A stretch of 64,000 nucleotides of DNA, taken from positions 231,632,001 through 231,696,000 of the forward strand of contig OZ024741.1 in the NCBI GenBank assembly GCA_964016885.1, written 5' to 3'. Shown here piece after piece: positions 14,304 through 64,000 of the stretch (the stretch's first letter is position 1; each line of letters begins with the position of its first letter). Both the position numbers and the translations under genes were made by a program. The notes below the pieces were generated by a model, which was not told where the DNA came from, searched no databases, and was given only the letters and a program-made list of their open reading frames with translations. Source of the stretch: Eledone cirrhosa (lineage: Eukaryota).

Positions 14304-14850
14304 TAAATAGGATTTCACTTCAAGCATAGCGTTATACAATATGTATAAATATTTCGTATCTCTAGGGAAATACGCTTTTAGGAAGCCATAGCTATGCAAA
14401 CACCGGGGGGCTAACGCCCTCTGGTGATGTCCAGCAGAAGCAAGCGGGACAAATGTCTATGCATTTCAGGCTTAACTGGCCTTTGTCAGGACGGTTCCTC
14501 CCACCGCTTGCGACTGCTGGACATTTGCTTGGAGATACGAAATATTTATACATATTGTATAAAGCTATGCTTGAAGCGAAATCCTATTTCTTTTTTATTA
14601 TAAGTTGAGCCAACTTATACAGCATCATATGCAAATGAGATTAATCACCTCATTTACAAAGACGAGAAAAGTATATTTTCTGCCGTGTCTTCTAGTCCAG
14701 CAGTCGCAAGCGGTGGGAGGGTCCGTCCTGACGAAGGCCAGTTAACCCTAACATGAATAGATGGTTGTCCTGCTTGCTTCTGCTGGACATCACCAGAGGG
14801 CGTTAGCCACCCGGTGTTTGCATAGCTACGGCTTTCTAAAACCGTATTTA
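14304..14850. repeat. Interleaved inverted repeats (A-B-A'-B')
   Basis: ~14304-14365 is the reverse complement of ~14531-14589, and ~14370-14522 is the reverse complement of ~14695-14848. Confidence 0.85.
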
Positions 14851-14942
14851 CTTGCAGATGCCCTGTCTCTAAGTATGGTGTTGTTTTCTCTAAGATATAC
14901 CCCCAGCTCTTTGAGAAAACTAAATTATTTACTCTATTTCAG

Positions 14943-62178
<47,236 letters not shown>

Positions 62179-63693
62179 GTAATATCAAATTTATTTTAGA
62201 TATTTTAACTGCTCTTATACTGATTTATTTTTGTTTTTGATGGCGACTTCTGTCAATAGACTACTTGGATTATAGTTATTGAAAATCTAAGCGTTAACTG
62301 CTTTTTCACCCTCATTCATACATCAAAATATAGGTTTCTATTTTAGGTACAAGGGCATCAGATTTAAGGAAAGGGCAATGCGCATTAAAACAATCCTTAT
62401 CTTTCGTTGGTACTTTATGTACTCGAACAGTTTCACTATGGCTTGAAACGACGCTTGCAATATGAAAACAGTTAATATTAATTTGCATATAACCCAAGAA
62501 AAATCTTTTTTATTATTACATCTTTGCAGTTGTTCCTGTAATAGGACGCAACCTGAAAATATATGATATTTTATACTTTTGTCACAAGACAGTGTTGATA
62601 GAATTTTTTTGAGTAGTCGTTCACGAATTTGCTCTCTCTGTGTCAAGGTTAACTTTGCCTTTCGCCTTTTCGAGATCCATTGAAAATATTCCGGTCCCGT
62701 ACTGCGTTTGATTCTACCTTTAGATATCCTTCACACTATACATCATCCTCACTGTCCCTTTCTCTCCTTGTCTGCAAAGTAGCGGCTGTCTTCAGACCTG
62801 GAGAGAATACGGATTCTGTCGGGTTTAAATCCCCAAGTATCAAACTATGTTACTGTTGCTTCTCTACGATTCCATCAGGCGTTACATTTCCAAAAGGACA
62901 CATTAAACTACACACACACATACACTCACACACATACATACACACATACACACACACACACATACACACACATACACATAAACACACCACACATATAAAC
63001 AGAAACGTCCATTGTCACGAGTAATATGATTGCTTCCTTCAGAGCAAGGAAAACATGATTATTATTCATGTCTTTAACGTGCTCATTTACTAAAGTTGTA
63101 GCCTAGTTTTCGCTGGAGTGTCAATCAGCTCCTGAATATTACTGGAATTCTATAAGAATCCAGCTTTTATAATTTTCGGTGGAAGCAGGGGTTGCGTGGC
63201 TCTGATGATCGCCAGCCAGCGTGGAACAGACTGTTCAGATGTCGCCCTTCTTTCGCCGAAGAGAAGTAAGTGACATAGGCACTACTTTAAAATAGATAGC
63301 GTATGGTCTTCTAAATGATTTTAATTAAACATACCGTATATTGCCAAATAACTAAACATACATTCATGTATACATCGCTATTTCATATCACCGATTCCAA
63401 TACCCAAGTTTTCGATGGACCGGAAATCGCTCTGTATAATTAGCTGTTGATTATTACTGGAAATCTATAAGAATCTAGTTTCTATAATTTTCGGCGGAAG
63501 CTGACTTTACCTGACTCTGATGATCGCCAACCAGCGTGAAACAGACTGTTAGCTTCTCTCCCTTCTTTCTCCGAAGAGAAGTAAGTGACATAGTTACTAC
63601 TTTAAAACCTATAGCGTATGGTCTTCTAAATGCTTTTACTTAAACATGAGGTATATTGCCTTATATATTTATATATTCATATATAAATTTAGA

Positions 63694-63839
<146 letters not shown>

Positions 63840-64000
63840 ATTTAAGTATCGAGAGAGAGAAAAGAAGAGTTAAGCGATACTTATATTAGTTGCCAATAGC
63901 TTGTGCAAATTTGCACAGTACTTGTGCCTACAGGGTTAAATATTAGAAGCGTTAATATCTAGCGGACGAGAATATAAGCAGAGAAGTTACAAGTGAAATG

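Overview
AT-rich, microsatellite-dense eukaryotic (animal) DNA. The (TA)n density and Penelope/CR1 content resemble cephalopod or other invertebrate genomes, but that is inference only. Positions 1-14.9 kb are a transposon graveyard: a decayed CR1/L2-group LINE, Penelope-like (PLE) RT and GIY-YIG fragments, a non-autonomous Helitron, fold-back palindromes and several minimal type-I hammerhead ribozyme motifs. Positions ~14.85-63.7 kb are a tandem array of 8 diverged units spaced 3.1-8.9 kb apart. Each unit hides a + strand exon doublet that the ORF track misses: a 74-nt exon (ttcag|...|gtaagt) and a 25- or 22-nt microexon (yag|...|gtaa). Spliced in order, the 16 exons give one stop-free 783-nt frame of eight 33/32-aa acidic Ser/Asp/Lys-rich repeats (consensus DDKLSDDLDPAKMSNSDDIKPSSTD-NRKDIIIK). 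All 32 splice sites survive large intronic deletions and insertions, and exon substitutions are mostly non-synonymous. No start or stop exon was identified, and I do not recognise the gene. Most supplied ORFs are microsatellite or repeat artefacts.
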